NCBI RefSeq assembly: GCF_001194135.2
Contig: NC_068987.1
Location: 108,877,155-108,941,154 of the forward strand
DNA: 64,000 nt
Direction of reading: 5' to 3'
Origin: Octopus bimaculoides
Taxonomy: Eukaryota
The notes below the pieces were generated by a model. The model had not been told where the DNA came from. It did not search any database and saw only the letters and a program-made list of their open reading frames with translations. Below, piece after piece: positions 63,285-64,000 of the stretch (positions are counted from its first letter, which is position 1; each line of letters opens with the position of its first letter). A program made the position numbers and the translations under genes.

Positions 63285-63389
63285 CACTTAATGTGTATGA
63301 GGAGTGGATAATGATTATGTCAGTCGTATTCATTTAAATTGTAAAGTATCTCGCCTTGGCTTTCTCTCTCTTCCCCACTCTTTCTATCA

Positions 63390-63391
63390 AA

Positions 63392-63441
<50 letters not shown>

Positions 63442-63521
63442 CTAACTCATACACAAACACACTGTGTGTGTAAACATTCAGTGTGTGAGGAGAAGGAATT
63501 CTGTTCAATTAATATGTTGCA

Positions 63522-63592
<71 letters not shown>

Positions 63593-63652
63593 TCTCCCTC
63601 ACTCTCTCTCTCACTCACTCTCACTCTCTCTCTATCCCTATCTCTATCTAGT

Positions 63653-63680
<28 letters not shown>
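63390..63680. repeat. (CTAT)n and (CT)n microsatellites
   Basis: Direct reading. Confidence 0.95.
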
Positions 63681-63683
<3 letters not shown>

Positions 63684-63857
63684 TTATCAATCTATCTATA
63701 TGTATATATTTGTGTGTGCGTGTATGCATGTGTTTGTCCCCAGTGGCAATCTAAACAGTCGCCAAAACAGGCCGAATGCCCAGTGAGCTGTGTGAACGCG
63801 CCAATGTCCAAACAACTGCGCCCAATCATCTTATTCCTATATAATATGATACACGCA

Positions 63858-63889
<32 letters not shown>

Positions 63890-64000
63890 GACACGATATA
63901 AGCCCCCAAAGAGTTCAATATTTACTAACAAGATGCCACATAGCCCTTCACCTATCACTCGCCTCAACCACCACAATTTTAGTCCCCACCGTCAGCTCAT

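Overview
AT-rich, microsatellite-saturated animal genomic DNA with 21 N-gaps (about 8.2 kb, nearly all abutting simple repeats). The repeat families suggest an octopus draft genome (inference). No host protein-coding gene, rRNA, true tRNA or CRISPR array is supportable, and most listed ORFs are artefacts of microsatellites or N-runs. The window is a transposon landscape. It holds three abundant tRNA-headed SINE families (my labels A, B, C; possibly the published octopus OK/OR1/OR2 SINEs, which I cannot assign from memory), decayed CR1-type LINE pieces, five or six R4/Dong-type (RT + restriction-like endonuclease) retrotransposon remnants mostly sitting in (AAT)n tracts, and non-autonomous hAT, mariner/Tc, piggyBac-like and Helitron elements. 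The most interesting signal is a set of minimal type I hammerhead ribozyme motifs of the Penelope-associated kind. Family D has a Pol III tRNA-like head, an (AAT)n linker and a hammerhead-bearing tail, with a 5' palindrome whose loop is flipped between copies, and an inverted two-hammerhead locus at 56.6-57.1 kb. Family E has the same hammerhead geometry but a G3:C8 swapped core. Boundaries of decayed repeats are approximate and were read by eye.
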